Of a stretch of DNA of 64,000 bases, positions 52,401 to 64,000 are shown piece by piece. Each line of letters opens with the position of its first letter. Within the stretch, counting starts at the first letter, position 1. Position numbers and translations under genes: made by a program. Under the pieces are notes generated by a model. It ran no database searches. It worked only from the letters and a program-made list of their open reading frames with translations, and was not told the DNA's origin. Source of the DNA: Lama glama (taxonomy: Eukaryota); NCBI GenBank assembly GCA_028534125.1, contig CM052816.1, positions 28,956,001 through 29,020,000 on the forward strand, read 5' to 3'.

Positions 52401-53065
52401 CTGTGAAATTTCACTGGAGGTTCCACATATTAAGATCTGAGCTGGTAGACTGCTCTATTATTTTATTCAATCAGTTTCTTAGTTCTGAGAATAGGTCAGT
52501 TCAGTTAAACTCATTTCAGGAGACTCCCAAACTCAGTCCCACATTACAAATGCAATCAGGTATTTAATAAGAGGCATGCCTAAGGAAACAAACAAACAAA
52601 CAAACAAATAACCCCAAAGGTTAATGATTGGAACAGACAATAAGCCAGTTTCTGAGCCCAGGGGGCAGCTAAACAAAAAAATTTCTAGATATCAGAGTCA
52701 AAGCTTGTTTTGTAGTTTGAAATGTCTCTGATGATGTCATCAGATGTTCAGGTAAACTTTTGAGTGGCCCATACAGCAACAGGCATGAAGATTGTTTAAA
52801 CATGAGCCGTTGTGGCAATTTCTCTGAAGTTTATATAAAGTCATCTAGCTTCACTTTGCAGGGCTTCTGTGAAAAGAGCAGATTTAGTTCTCGGTGATTC
52901 CAAATCAAAAGGATGTTAGAAAATTGGAAACACTAGTTTGGAGAGTCATAGGCAGGTATTAGAAGAAACTATAAAAATTGAGGATCCAGTCTAGTTTACA
53001 GGTAAATAACAAACTTCAAAGACAATTAATAGAAGCAGAGTCTGAGATCCACTTCTCAAAAACCT
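52400..53065 (-). mobile_element. ERV1 internal fragment (MER4-int group)
   Basis: 'gtgattccaaatcaaaagg...ctagtttggagagtc...aggatccagtctagtttacaggtaaataacaaac'. Confidence 0.6.
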
Positions 53066-53465
53066 CTCAAGGCAGATATTTAGGAAAAATTTGTAGAAGA
53101 CTTTGAAATGTACTGAAAAAAATTAGTGAAACCAAACATTTTTCTAGGGCACAGTATTCCCAGTTCTCTAATTCCATTGGATCTATGCCTTTCCTTGACT
53201 TTAAGCTTTTTACAACTCCGTAAGTTGTAAATAACTGACTGAAGTGAAAATGATTTTTGACCAGAGACATGTAAATGAATTCTTCCAGTAAGGGAACAAC
53301 TGACTTGCCCCCTCACTTGTGGAAAAAACTAACATTGCACCTATTTGTAAATTCATTGAAACATTCCTGGCTATGTATATCTGTGTGGTATTTTGAACCT
53401 ATTGTAGCATCTTTTAGGTTTCCTCAATAATGAATGAGTAAATAAAATCTTTGACATTTTATATC

Positions 53466-54266
53466 TGTCAAGTAAAAATTGACACTTGCCATCTACCTCT
53501 ACAAGGATTAAATTGTAGTAGAGAATAACCTTTGTTTTGTTGGAGGTTTACAGGGACACAGGACCTAGCCCCCGGGGATGGCTGCAAGAACAAAGAATGC
53601 CTGCAGCAAGAAGATTACAACAATCAACCACACCCCCTCCCCCATTTTTCCTCCCCCTCCCTTATTTTTTGTATAAAAGGAGCCTGTATTCTGACTGGAG
53701 CATGATGTTTCTCCAAGACATTAGCCTGCCATCCTCCCGGTCTGCTGGCTTTCCGAATAAAGTCGCTCTTCCTTGCCCCAACACCTCGTCTCCCAATTTA
53801 TTGGCCTGTCGTACAGCGAGCAGAATGAGTTTGGACTCAGTAACAAAATCATGAGCCACTGTAGTCACTGACCTTCAACCCTCTCTGAAAGGAGTTCAGG
53901 GTGGGGATCAGGAATGAGGCACTCTGTGCTCTGGGAAAAACTGGCAAAACAGGCCTTCAGATAGTTAGACATTTTCAGGAGAAGATTCATGAGCCCAAAG
54001 TCTTGCATCTCCTCATATTTGGAAAAACACTAAAATCATTAATGGTGACATCTGCTCCTCATGATGAGCAGCAAGCCACTGCCAAAATATGTGCATGACT
54101 TCACATCCCCTCTTCACTGAAATCGTTTATGATACTGATCTTCCCCGCACCTACCTCTTCAGAGCAGTTCCTCGGAGCTATCTGAGATGCTGTTTCCTGG
54201 GCTATAGTTCTCATTTTGCCCCAGATAAAACTTAACTCACATGTTGTACATTTTTTTCAGTTGACA
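53466..54266 (+). mobile_element. ERV1 solo LTR (outer), interrupted by a nested LTR
   Basis: Inverted termini TGTCAA...TTGACA; near-TSD tatc/tatt. Confidence 0.82.
53514..53845 (+). mobile_element. ERV1 solo LTR (inner), related to the LTR at 21605
   Basis: tgtagta...gtaaca termini, perfect 4-bp TSD aaat (53510-53513 and 53846-53849), 'tataaaagg' and 'aataaagtcg'. Confidence 0.9.
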
Positions 54267-54325
54267 TATTTGTACAAGACTCATGATTTTACCATTTTAG
54301 AAAAATTACTCTTTAACAGTTATTA

Positions 54326-55228
54326 CAGTCGGCTCTTAAACAACACGAGTTTGAACTGTGTAGGTCCACTTAAATGCAGATTTTTTTTCAATAGTAAATA
54401 CCAGCCTACTACACAGTCCACAATAGGTTTGAGACAGGATGGAAGGGGCAGGGCACAGCCATTCAAGGAATGACCGCAATTTAACACCAAAATGGTGGAA
54501 GATTCACCAAAATGGTGAAAGATTCACTCCCAGTTGGCCCTGAGGATTAAGAGGTCTGATTTCTAGTAGACCTTGAACTTCATTATATGCTCATGGTAAC
54601 AGCCTGATAAATAACATGCCTGCAGGCGCCATGACAGTCCCAAGGCCAACCGCAAAATGGCCAAAGAATGCGCGGTGGCCCAGTTCCTGGGAGTCTCAGC
54701 CCCTTCCCCAGGACAACTGGAATGGTCCCACTTGGAGGCGTGTGAAGCTACTGAGACCATAAAAACTGACACCATCACACCTAGTGGCCCTTTTCACTCC
54801 CTCCCCTTTGGAGATGGCCCGCACTCTATGAAGCGTGTACCTACTTTTACTTTAACCTGAGCACCCAATTCCCACACCTCTTTCCTTGCCTTTCTCTTGC
54901 CTTACACTCTATGCAGTATGTACCTCTCTAAATAAACCTACCTTTACTCAATGGTGGCTCACACTTGAATTTTTTCCTGCACGAAACCAAGGACGAACAC
55001 TTGGCGGGGCACATTCCAGGGGCTCAGTCGAGACTGGGACACGGCCCTCCTCACACCCTATCCATTTTCCTGCATCATCTTGAACCTATAGCTGTGGAGC
55101 TACAGTTTCAGAGGAACCATATACCCAGAGGAATGGCATACACACAGGGTGGATATAAGTTATACATGGATTTTCAACTGCACAAGAGGGTGGGCACCCC
55201 TGACTCCACAGTGTTCAAGGATCAGTTG
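54326..55228 (+). mobile_element. Tigger2a-like MITE, interrupted by an LTR
   Basis: TA|cagtcggctcttaaacaacac ... gtgttcaaggatcagttg|TA termini. Confidence 0.85.
54430..55077 (+). mobile_element. ERV1 solo LTR nested in the Tigger MITE
   Basis: tgagacagg...ttcctgcatca termini, 'cataaaaac' and 'aataaacc'. Confidence 0.82.
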
Positions 55229-55229
55229 T

Positions 55230-55350
55230 ATTGTTATTCCCAGTTTTAAGATGGAGAAACTGAGGCTCATTAAAGTTAGGTAACTAACCCACAGTGGCAC
55301 CACTAACAATCTGACTCATGATGGTTGAAGTCAAAGTACATACTTTTCTC
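55230..55350 (-). mobile_element. MIR SINE
   Basis: 'cccagttttaagatggagaaactgaggctc'. Confidence 0.75.
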
Positions 55351-57489
55351 CATACACTATAATTGTATTAATGTAAACAAAATCACATGGAGTTTGTATG
55401 CTGGAGCACTTCAAAGAACACTGAATCATATGCAGCATGAAAACTCAGCCAACTAATAATTACTACTGATTAGATAGTTAGTTACTAGAATTGCTAATTA
55501 CATTTCAACATAGTTGCTATATGGTAATAAAAACAAAAACAATAGCTTAGTGAAGCATACACAAAGTAGCATTACACAAACTAGCCATCAAACATGCCAG
55601 TAAATCATTTCAATTAGAACTTAAAGAAGTCTCAAGTATATTTTTCTTCTCCTCATTGATTCCTGGAATTAGCAGAGCTCATTAGCTGATTTTGAATGGT
55701 TTCTACATAATAAAAGAAAAAAAACAAAGAGGAAAAGAAAGCTGAGGAAGATGAGGAACAGCAGGTTTCAGCATGTGATAAGCTAAAAATTATTTATTTA
55801 TGAGACAGAAAACTGTTTCGCAATTCTGTGACACTGGGCAAGTTTTAATCTAAGTCAGGTCCTTCCTATATAACATGAGTTTAAGACTACCTACCATTAA
55901 GCTATTAAGATAAAATGAGATAGTTACTATCAACCATCTAGCACATAAATTAAGTCAATACATTTTAATTCCCTTTGCTCAATCCTAGCCCTACCCAGAT
56001 CATTCCATAACCCTCAAAACGCAGTAAAACAGTACACAAGAATTTAAAATCCACTTTACCACTGAGTAGTGCCAAAGGACACACAGAAAATCTAAATATT
56101 CAATAAGATTTTGTTTCCAAAGTGTACCTGTAAGATATAAATCATTAATGACAATTTACATAACAAGTAACTTCCAAGACTTACCTTATGAATGTAACGA
56201 AAAATGTGTTTGCTTTTAAAAAATGTAAGACAAGCAAATGCCATATGACTCAGAAGTTCTGATTGCCATCAAGTAACATCTGAGAGGAAAATTCATAGTG
56301 GTAGAAGTGTGACATCCTGGAGGGACAATTTTATCTCACAGTTATCTTTGTACACAGCTGAAGTGACAAGCTAATATATAGCCTTAAAGCCACTTAAGAT
56401 GATAAAATGCTCTGCGTTTCCTCACTCAGCTACAGTTTTTTGAGGAAGAAAAGGATGGGAGGGTGCTTGTTTGAAATCACATTCCCAGTTTAGTTCATGG
56501 AGGATAATTGGCAAAACACTGAAAATACCAGTTTTTATTTTGCCAGCTTTTTATATCTTCCTCAGTGACCTCTCTAATTTCTCCTTCCCTCAACTCTTCC
56601 AAAATGTTTCACCTTCATGAATCCTCTGAATTAAAAAAACACAGAAACTAAATATAACTCTAAACTTTCTACCAACAACCCAAAATGATCTTCATACTAT
56701 AACCTAAATATAAAATGTAACTGTAAATAAAAATACTAAGTAAACAATTTAATTTTTGAGTGGCATATTCATAATTTAAAAAAAAACCTTTATAAGGTAA
56801 ATCATAAAGAGGGAAAGAAAATTGCCTTAAAGAGAATACAGAGGGAGAGCATAGACAATGAGCCACTGTCTGGGTCTCTGGCAACCAATAACACATTAAA
56901 AAGCTATCTTCAACACTGAGATATTAAACATGGAACAGTTTCTTCTGAGCAGAGGTCTGCTTCAGGTTTGCTGTGATTCAACTGTTTGACACAAAACTGT
57001 GAGGCCGCCATAGGACAATCTACAGGTATGTACAGACAGAATGGCCTATATGTTATCTCTTTAGGCATTCTTGATCACCTGGAGAGTAAAGAGAATTAGT
57101 CATATAGTTTCATCATCATCAAATGCCAAGAGCCAATACTCTGTCACTGGCACCCCTTTCGTAAGTTACATTTAGTACCTCAGCAATTTCACATGGGCAC
57201 TTACCCTGATGCTGATTAAACTTATAATGTTTTTCATGCAATCAGTTGATTCAGATGAAACTATCCCATCTATACCCAAAGAGCTGTGTCCCATAGATGA
57301 AACTTACCACAGTAAGTAACTGAGATCAGAAAAACCAGAAGTCCAAGATTTAGAAAACAGCTGTATCTCCTAAGTGTGTTGTAACTCTCAGTTAACAAGG
57401 AACGGGTCAGTGGGTAGTCTGGTCATACATCATTCCTTTTGGGGTCTTTTGTTTCAACCCCAACTGGTCTAACATCAAGTAGTATACTG

Positions 57490-58158
57490 AAAATCACTTC
57501 TGACACTTACTGTCTAGAGTTTGTGTAGACCCCACAAGTTAAGGGCTCAGTCCTCTGAACACTGCCTCTACTTCAGATGCCAGCCACAAGTTCAAGTGAT
57601 TCCCAGGTCACCCACACCATTAACAAATTGCAAATTTGAGAGTTCCTATGACTCTTCTTGCATTTGATAATTTGTTAGAACTTACAGCATTCAGGAAAGC
57701 ACTATACTTACAATTACGGCTTTATTATGACGCATACAATTCAGGATCAGTCAAGTTAAGAAACACATAGGGCAAGGTCTGAGAGTGTCCACAACACAGA
57801 ATTTCCATGCCACAGAGTTTCACCAGCCAGGAAGCTCCACTGAGCCTCCTATCCAGAGTTTTTACTGAGGTTTCATTATATGCTTGGCCATGTGATTGAA
57901 ATCAATCTCAGTCATCCTCCTCTCCCCAGAGGTAAGGCTGGCTCCAAGTCCCAGCCCTCTACCTACCTGACTGCCTTATGACCAGCCTCCTTCCTGAAGC
58001 TCTCTTGGGGACCACTGAGTCTCCTTATTAGCAGGAATTCAGGAGTGATCCAAGGGGCTCATGAATGATAAAGATACTCTTATGACTCAGGAAATCCCAA
58101 AGATTTAGTCTCCCTCCCAGGATTCAGGGACAGAGGCCAGGCAAATTTTTATTACACA
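57490..58158 (-). mobile_element. MER21-like LTR
   Basis: 'agaccccacaagttaagggctcagtcc...acttcagatgccagccacaag', 'actcaggaaatcccaaagatttag', ending 'tttattacaca'. Confidence 0.8.
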
Positions 58159-58819
58159 AGACAGGGACAAGCATACATGTTGCAATATGAAATGAGCCAA
58201 ACACAAGGCCTGAATGTGGAACTGATGACTGAATAATGTCCTGGGAGACATAAGTGACTTGTCTCTCCTGCACCAGAACCACAGATCAGCTTCAGTGCTT
58301 AATTAAAACTGTCAGCTCTCTTGTTTCTTATCTTGTTTTCAGAAAATAATGGGCCTTGCAGCCTGAAATTGAACCACCCCAGGGGCACTGACACCATGTG
58401 GGTTAACCTGCATAATCTACAATGTTTAGCACTTTCATATTCCTATTAGGAGTATTTAGCCATGTAAAAAATTCTCGACATTTCCCAAAAAGCACTTCCT
58501 CCTTAGGTTCTGACACTCTTAAATGATGCTGTCTATTAGCATATCTACTCTGAAATAGCTGATGCTCATAGCAAACACCTCTAGATCAATGCAGCTACAA
58601 AATCTGCAACAGAGAGGTATCCAATCATCTGGTCTCTCACTGTACCGCAGGATGGACACGATGCCAATCCTTCTGAGCTATTACTGGTCTCAAGTGCTTT
58701 CAGTACCCATTCTGGAGATGAGTTCTGTGACAGTGTATCCTGTCCAGCCCTCCAGTTCAGACAGAACATAAAACACTGGTGCTGAAATTGGCCGAACTAA
58801 AAGCTAAGGATCAGCTAGA

Positions 58820-58960
58820 CCATTCACTTTGCAAATTTTACTTAACCTTTCTGTACTTTAGATTAATCATGTGTAAAATGAGGATAATGACAGTATCATA
58901 ATTATATAGTCATGATAAAATGGGGTAATACATGTATAACTTTAAGGCACTTTGGAAGAC
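58820..58960 (+). mobile_element. MIR SINE
   Basis: 'ttacttaacctttctgtac...tgtaaaatgaggataat'. Confidence 0.65.
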
Positions 58961-59889
58961 AAAGTTGTTAAAACAGGCAGAATTCTAATTTATGTTCTGA
59001 CATCATCTTATTCAACAAAATTTTCATTGGCTTTTTTTCTGACAGGCTGTGCTTTGGAAACAATGAACAATTACATGCACACCCACACAGAAACACACAT
59101 AAGCATATATTGATCTCTCTTGGTTCTAACAAAAGGCCACTTAGAGACCCAATGTGCATTCAGTAGTCACAGCATCATTTGGCAAGGTAGATAGAGATGA
59201 ACAATAACCTGAAAACATTTCAAAACCCTGCCAAAAGGAATTAAAATACTACACAATGCCCATATTTTGACCCTGCCTACAGCTCCTTTAGCTTAGATTT
59301 ATGCAAAGATGAGTGGCTCTCCATGGTAAGTCAGATCCTTCCATTTGCATTCTAAAAGTGCCAGATTTATCCCCCATTCCCCTGATAGCTAAAGGAAAAC
59401 ATTCAGCAACACCAAATACCTTTATTTAGAGCATTCTCCAAAGATTTCAAGCTAGCATTGACAGCCAGGTGGTTCCAATCAAAAGACTGGATTGGGCCAT
59501 TCATATATGAGAATGATTGTCAATCAGTGTGTTTTGATCTTCTTTAAATCATGCCTCTTTCTATGCTTTTCCCCATAATTTCTGTGTGTTCATACCTATC
59601 AAAGATAGTTACAGAAATCTTTGCTTTTTATTATTTGCAAATTATTTTCATTATATATTGAATAAGCTAGTTCAAACTGCACACACTGTCTCCAGATACT
59701 TCCTCTCAGAAGATAGGCTATTTTCCAAAACCATCTCATCTCCCACCATTTAAAATTCACTGGAGTCTCAAAATTTCAACTACCCTTTCATCAAATAATT
59801 CCTAAAGCATATGATTTTTATCTTCTAATGAAAATGCTTCCACAGATTTGTCTTTTAAGTTCTTATCCACAGTTTCTATGATTCTTGAA

Positions 59890-60118
59890 TTTTTGTTGTT
59901 GTTGTTGACGTATGGTAGATTTACAATGTTGTGTTAATTTCTGGTCTGCAGTATAGTGATTCACTTAAACATATCCATTCCTTTTCATATTTGTTTTTAT
60001 TATAGGCCATTACAATGTATGGAAAATAGTTCCCTGTGCTATACAGTAGGACCTTGTTGTTTATCTATTTCATATATAGTAGAAATCCCAAACTCCCAAT
60101 TTATCCCTCCCCACTCCC
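59890..60118 (-). mobile_element. 5'-truncated L1 3' end
   Basis: 'tagttccctgtgctatacagtaggaccttgttgtttatc...atcccaaactcccaatttatccctcccc'. Confidence 0.9.
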
Positions 60119-60159
60119 TAGAATGTATATTCTTATTCTAACAGTCATACTGCATATTT

Positions 60160-60990
60160 CTTCACTCCTTGAATACTGTGTGCCTAATAGTGACTGGCAC
60201 TCTGCTAGGCATCAGGGCGCCATGGTGAAAAGAAATGAATGTGGCACCTGCCTGCATGAACCCACTTTCTGTTGGTAAAGATATACAGGAAAGAAAGAAA
60301 GAAAAGAAAGAAAGAAAAGCAAGAAAAACAAGAAAAGCAAGAAAAGCAAGCAAGCAAAGAAAGGAAGAAAGGAAGGAAGAAGGAAAGGAAAGAAGGAAAG
60401 GAAAGAAGGAAAGAAGGAAAGCAAGCAAGCAACTGCTGTGATTTTTTTTTTTCCTAGGTTGGGGACAGTATGCCAGACATGAACGTCCACTGGAAAGGGC
60501 TGTCTCCAAGGTCCCTTAAGGCAACCCACACAGGCAACAGGCTGCATACACTACCGGGGAGAATACTGTTTGCAGCCATTGCACCCTGGGCCCCTTGAGG
60601 AAAAGAGCACAGTCAGCTTAATTGGCTGCAGTGAAATAATTTAATTCCAAAGAGGTACTATGAAGGAAACAAATGGGGCTGGAATAGAGAATAAGGAGGC
60701 ATGGAAGCTATCTTAGAAAGTGAAGTTCAGGAAAGGATTGTGTAAGGATGTGAAGTTTAGGCTGAAGAATAAAGGATGAGGAGGAGCTGCTACTGAAAAC
60801 TAGCCAAGAGAAACTGCCAGCAAGAAGGAACTGTATGTATAAGACTATGAGATAAGAAACAACTAGGGATGGTTTAAGGCTGGGGGAGTTCAGCGTGGTC
60901 AGGGAACAGGGATTGAAAGCAGAGTGATAGATAATGATCTGGAAGTGACAATGAGTGGTTAGATGTATAATGAAACTATTTTCAAGCCCA
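60160..60990 (-). mobile_element. L2 3' region, interrupted
   Basis: 'tggcactctgctaggc...cctgcctgcatgaac', 'aggctgaagaataaaggatgaggaggagct'. Confidence 0.6.
60289..60431. repeat. Compound purine-rich microsatellite (GAAA/GCAA/GGAA units)
   Basis: Read directly. Confidence 0.92.
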
Positions 60991-63873
60991 GAGATATGGG
61001 GATGTGAGAGGGGAAACTGCCTCTATTTACAAAAAAAAAAAAAAAAAAAAAAAAACCCAGCACACTCTGAAGATAGTCAGGTTTCATTTAGGAAAGGAAT
61101 GCTTTGTGACCAACTACCTGAGGATGAAGAGAACTTGTTGACTAGCAGGAAGGCGTTCCGGAGGCATTGTGGAAGTTTAGGTACCCAGTGGGGGTCAGAT
61201 CAGGGTTGTGCAGAGCAGTACAGGGAGAAGATTCCAGGTGGTGAGAGACGGCAGGAGGCTCGCACTTCTGTGGTAACTGGGATAAACAGGGATGTGAGGC
61301 AAGAGGGGTTTGTCCTTATAGAACTGGTGATGAGAGAGGACAATCAATATAGCTATTTCCCTCCATAGGGAACCTCCAAAGACAGCTGCGCACAAGACTG
61401 GACTGCTTCAGTGTGATGGGGCTGGGGGCTACAGCTACCCTCTGCAGGTTATACCATGTGGTGAAATAACACACCCTAGTGGCAGCTCCCAAAATGTACA
61501 ATGACCCTCAGTAGTGCTGAGATGGAGGAGGCAGGAGAATGGGGAGGTTCAGTCAGTGAAATGTGACTGACCAAAGGCTCACATTTTATGTGTCTTCCTT
61601 TGACTGCAGGCCAGATTTTAAAACTATTCCTGTAATTTGATGATATCAAATACATACAATAAAAACATAAATACTTTTGAACTAACAGAATTCATCTACC
61701 TGCATGCTTTCAACTGTGGACCAACAAAGAAATTAATAAAAATTCAGTGGGTTGGAAAAATTTACCACCTAAGAGCAGTATCAGTGGCCAATTTAAAGTC
61801 TGAGAAATGGTTATGAAATATAGTCATAATTGCAAATATCCCCATAGAAACAAAGAAAACACTCTGAAGTTATGGGGGAAAAATACAGTCAGAAACCATC
61901 ATGGTTGAGGGAAATGGTGAGGCTGTAGTTCTGGAAATTTCAGCTCCATTAGGATGAAAAATGTTTAACAGCACATATATCATTTGACAGTTATACTATA
62001 TAGGTCTCCTTAAAAAAAATATCATTCCGTTCCCATGACCCAGAACTTGTTTTAACATATGTTTCACACATGAAAGTCTCTACTCCATGATCAACTCTTC
62101 TCATCAGTTTTTTAATATTGAAAAAAATGGGAAAATATGTTTTCACTCTTTAATTTTGTGTATTTGTCAAGTTAGGGAACCTCCCACAACTTTATGTGTG
62201 TATAGGAGAGCCTACCTAGAGAACTAACTCATCAACCATAAACACGACATCATTGTGCAGCTCTTCTGTTGGCGTGGCACTTGGTGTTAAAAAGAGAGCA
62301 CAGGACACATTATGAGGTTCGACAGGGGCTAAGGATGCCCCACATAATTGAGGAAGTAATTCTCTGAACACCTTCCTCAGCAGTACACATTGCCTCTGCC
62401 CTATTTACATTAAGAAGCAAGATCTTCATGGCATTTACTTGGCTTGCCACTGTTGAGTATTATTCCTCCCCTGTCCAGTGCCCCATCCAAAACTTCATCA
62501 TCAGGGACTGAAGCAGTCAGCCTGGGCTAGTCTACACTAGAGAAGACCTACATGCAGCCAAAGAACTGCATGCACAGCACACAAGAAAAGATGCTGAGTT
62601 TGGCTACTAAAGCTGCACACTGACCAGATGGCGTTTGCATCATTCAAGAGGGAGAAAATTGAAACTAGAAGGCTGGTGTCTCTATAGAGAGATTGACAGG
62701 CATAACGTGGCTCCAATGTGGCAAGGGGCATCAAGACACACTCCAGAGTACAGGGCTCTGATAGTATCACTTCCTAATTACCTCTACATTGGTGAGACAT
62801 TCACCAGCTGCTTCCACAGAGAAATCTTCAAATATCAACTGGGGAAAGTAAGATCGTCTCCCACAGCAGGTCAGCCTTGCTGAAGGGATTGGTAATTAAA
62901 AGGAATCCTAACCTCTGAGCTGCATGTGGGCAAAGGGCAGGGAGAAAGAGAACACCATGGCAGCTGAGATACAACAAAATCAAATGGTGTAACTGCAAGA
63001 GGGGAGCAGAACTGATGCCCTGAAACATGGCTGAAGGGTTACTGGATAACCATGTCACCAACAGACTGTGCAACAGCCTCTAGAATGTGGGTGCCTCTTC
63101 CAAGACAAGCTTCAGGTCAGTTCAGAGCCTGAGCCTTAGAGTCACACACATATGGTAAGCAAGGCTTTAGGGACTGAGACATTTTAACCACAAAATAAGC
63201 TTCAGGTACACAGAGGGAGGAAGAACAAACAAAAGTAACCAGGAATCATTAACAGTAGCCTCGTCTTTGCAAATGAATGAGAGCAAAATGATCCAAAACA
63301 ATGCTGCTTTATGATGATCTGAAATGCTGCCAACGGCACCATCCAACAGAGATTAAAAAATAACTCTCACTTTCAAGAGTGCAATAATTAGATGAGGTTG
63401 TTGAATTGCAGAGGTTCAATTTTTAAAATATAGTTTCTATTACTCTAAAAGAAATTAATGTTGTTAGAAAAATTATAAAGTTCTGGTAAGTATAAAAAAA
63501 AAAACTTGTAATTCTACCTCTCAGAGGGCAACCACTATTATTTTGCCATTTTCTGTTCTCTTTTCTATACATATTTTGACATAGTTGAAATACTAAATAT
63601 GAAACATACCCGGCTTTTTCAGTTATGATAATAAATGTTTTCCAACTGACTATTTTTAAATATAACTGATTTACTTGTCACAGATTTTATCTTTTCTTTA
63701 AGGTCATATAATGTGTAATATAGCCTACCTTGCAGATGTAATACCGAGTGATAAATTTTAAAAATAGTTTATGGGTTCTTACTAGATTCAAATCACTGAG
63801 CTAAACAGAAAAATCTAATTTGAGTGGAATTTCTGCCAGCAGCAGAATCAGAAACATGAAACTCCAGTAACAC

Positions 63874-64000
63874 TGTTACCGAAAGCAAATTCCTGTGCCC
63901 CATGTACCGTGAGGCCAGAGAAACCAAAATGTTGGCATTTGGAGCACAAAAAGTTTATTGCAGGGCTGAGCAAGGAAGATGGGGTGGCTCATGCCCAAGA
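63874..64000 (-). mobile_element. ERV LTR 3' end (reverse), cut by the window end
   Basis: Begins 'tgttaccgaaa' (reverse of ...ggtaaca); contains reversed poly(A) signal 'tttattg'. Confidence 0.7.

Noticed and set aside
60162..60547. Overlapping Lys/Glu/Arg-rich and Phe/Leu/Ser-rich ORFs
   Set aside because: They are translations of the purine-rich microsatellite.
61031..61054. A24 run as the tail of a retroposed element
   Set aside because: I could not identify an upstream SINE, L1 or mRNA body or a TSD, so I treated it as a simple mononucleotide run.

Overview
This is mammalian genomic DNA, almost certainly from a camelid (alpaca, llama or camel), as indicated by a Vic-1-type tRNA-derived SINE at ~38.2 kb. 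The window is intronic or intergenic and dominated by transposable elements: several L1 LINEs, L2 and MIR relics, DNA-transposon MITEs and about a dozen ERV/MaLR LTRs, including nested ones at 50-58 kb. I can support no intact protein-coding gene. The only recognisable gene-derived sequence is a processed pseudogene of TMEM250 (C9orf69) at ~26664-29001, inserted inside an L1. It retains a CpG-island-like 5' end and has grown a (TACGTG)6(CACGTG)3 array of HRE/E-box motifs. Other notable items are a young, apparently full-length L1 with a perfect 13-bp TSD whose body is hidden by a 500-N gap, a 21-bp locally templated insertion, and an L1 whose RT region is deleted at a microhomology. Repeat family names come from recalled consensus motifs, not from a search, and most boundaries are approximate. 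I found no convincing new biological system; the retrocopy regulatory module is the best candidate.
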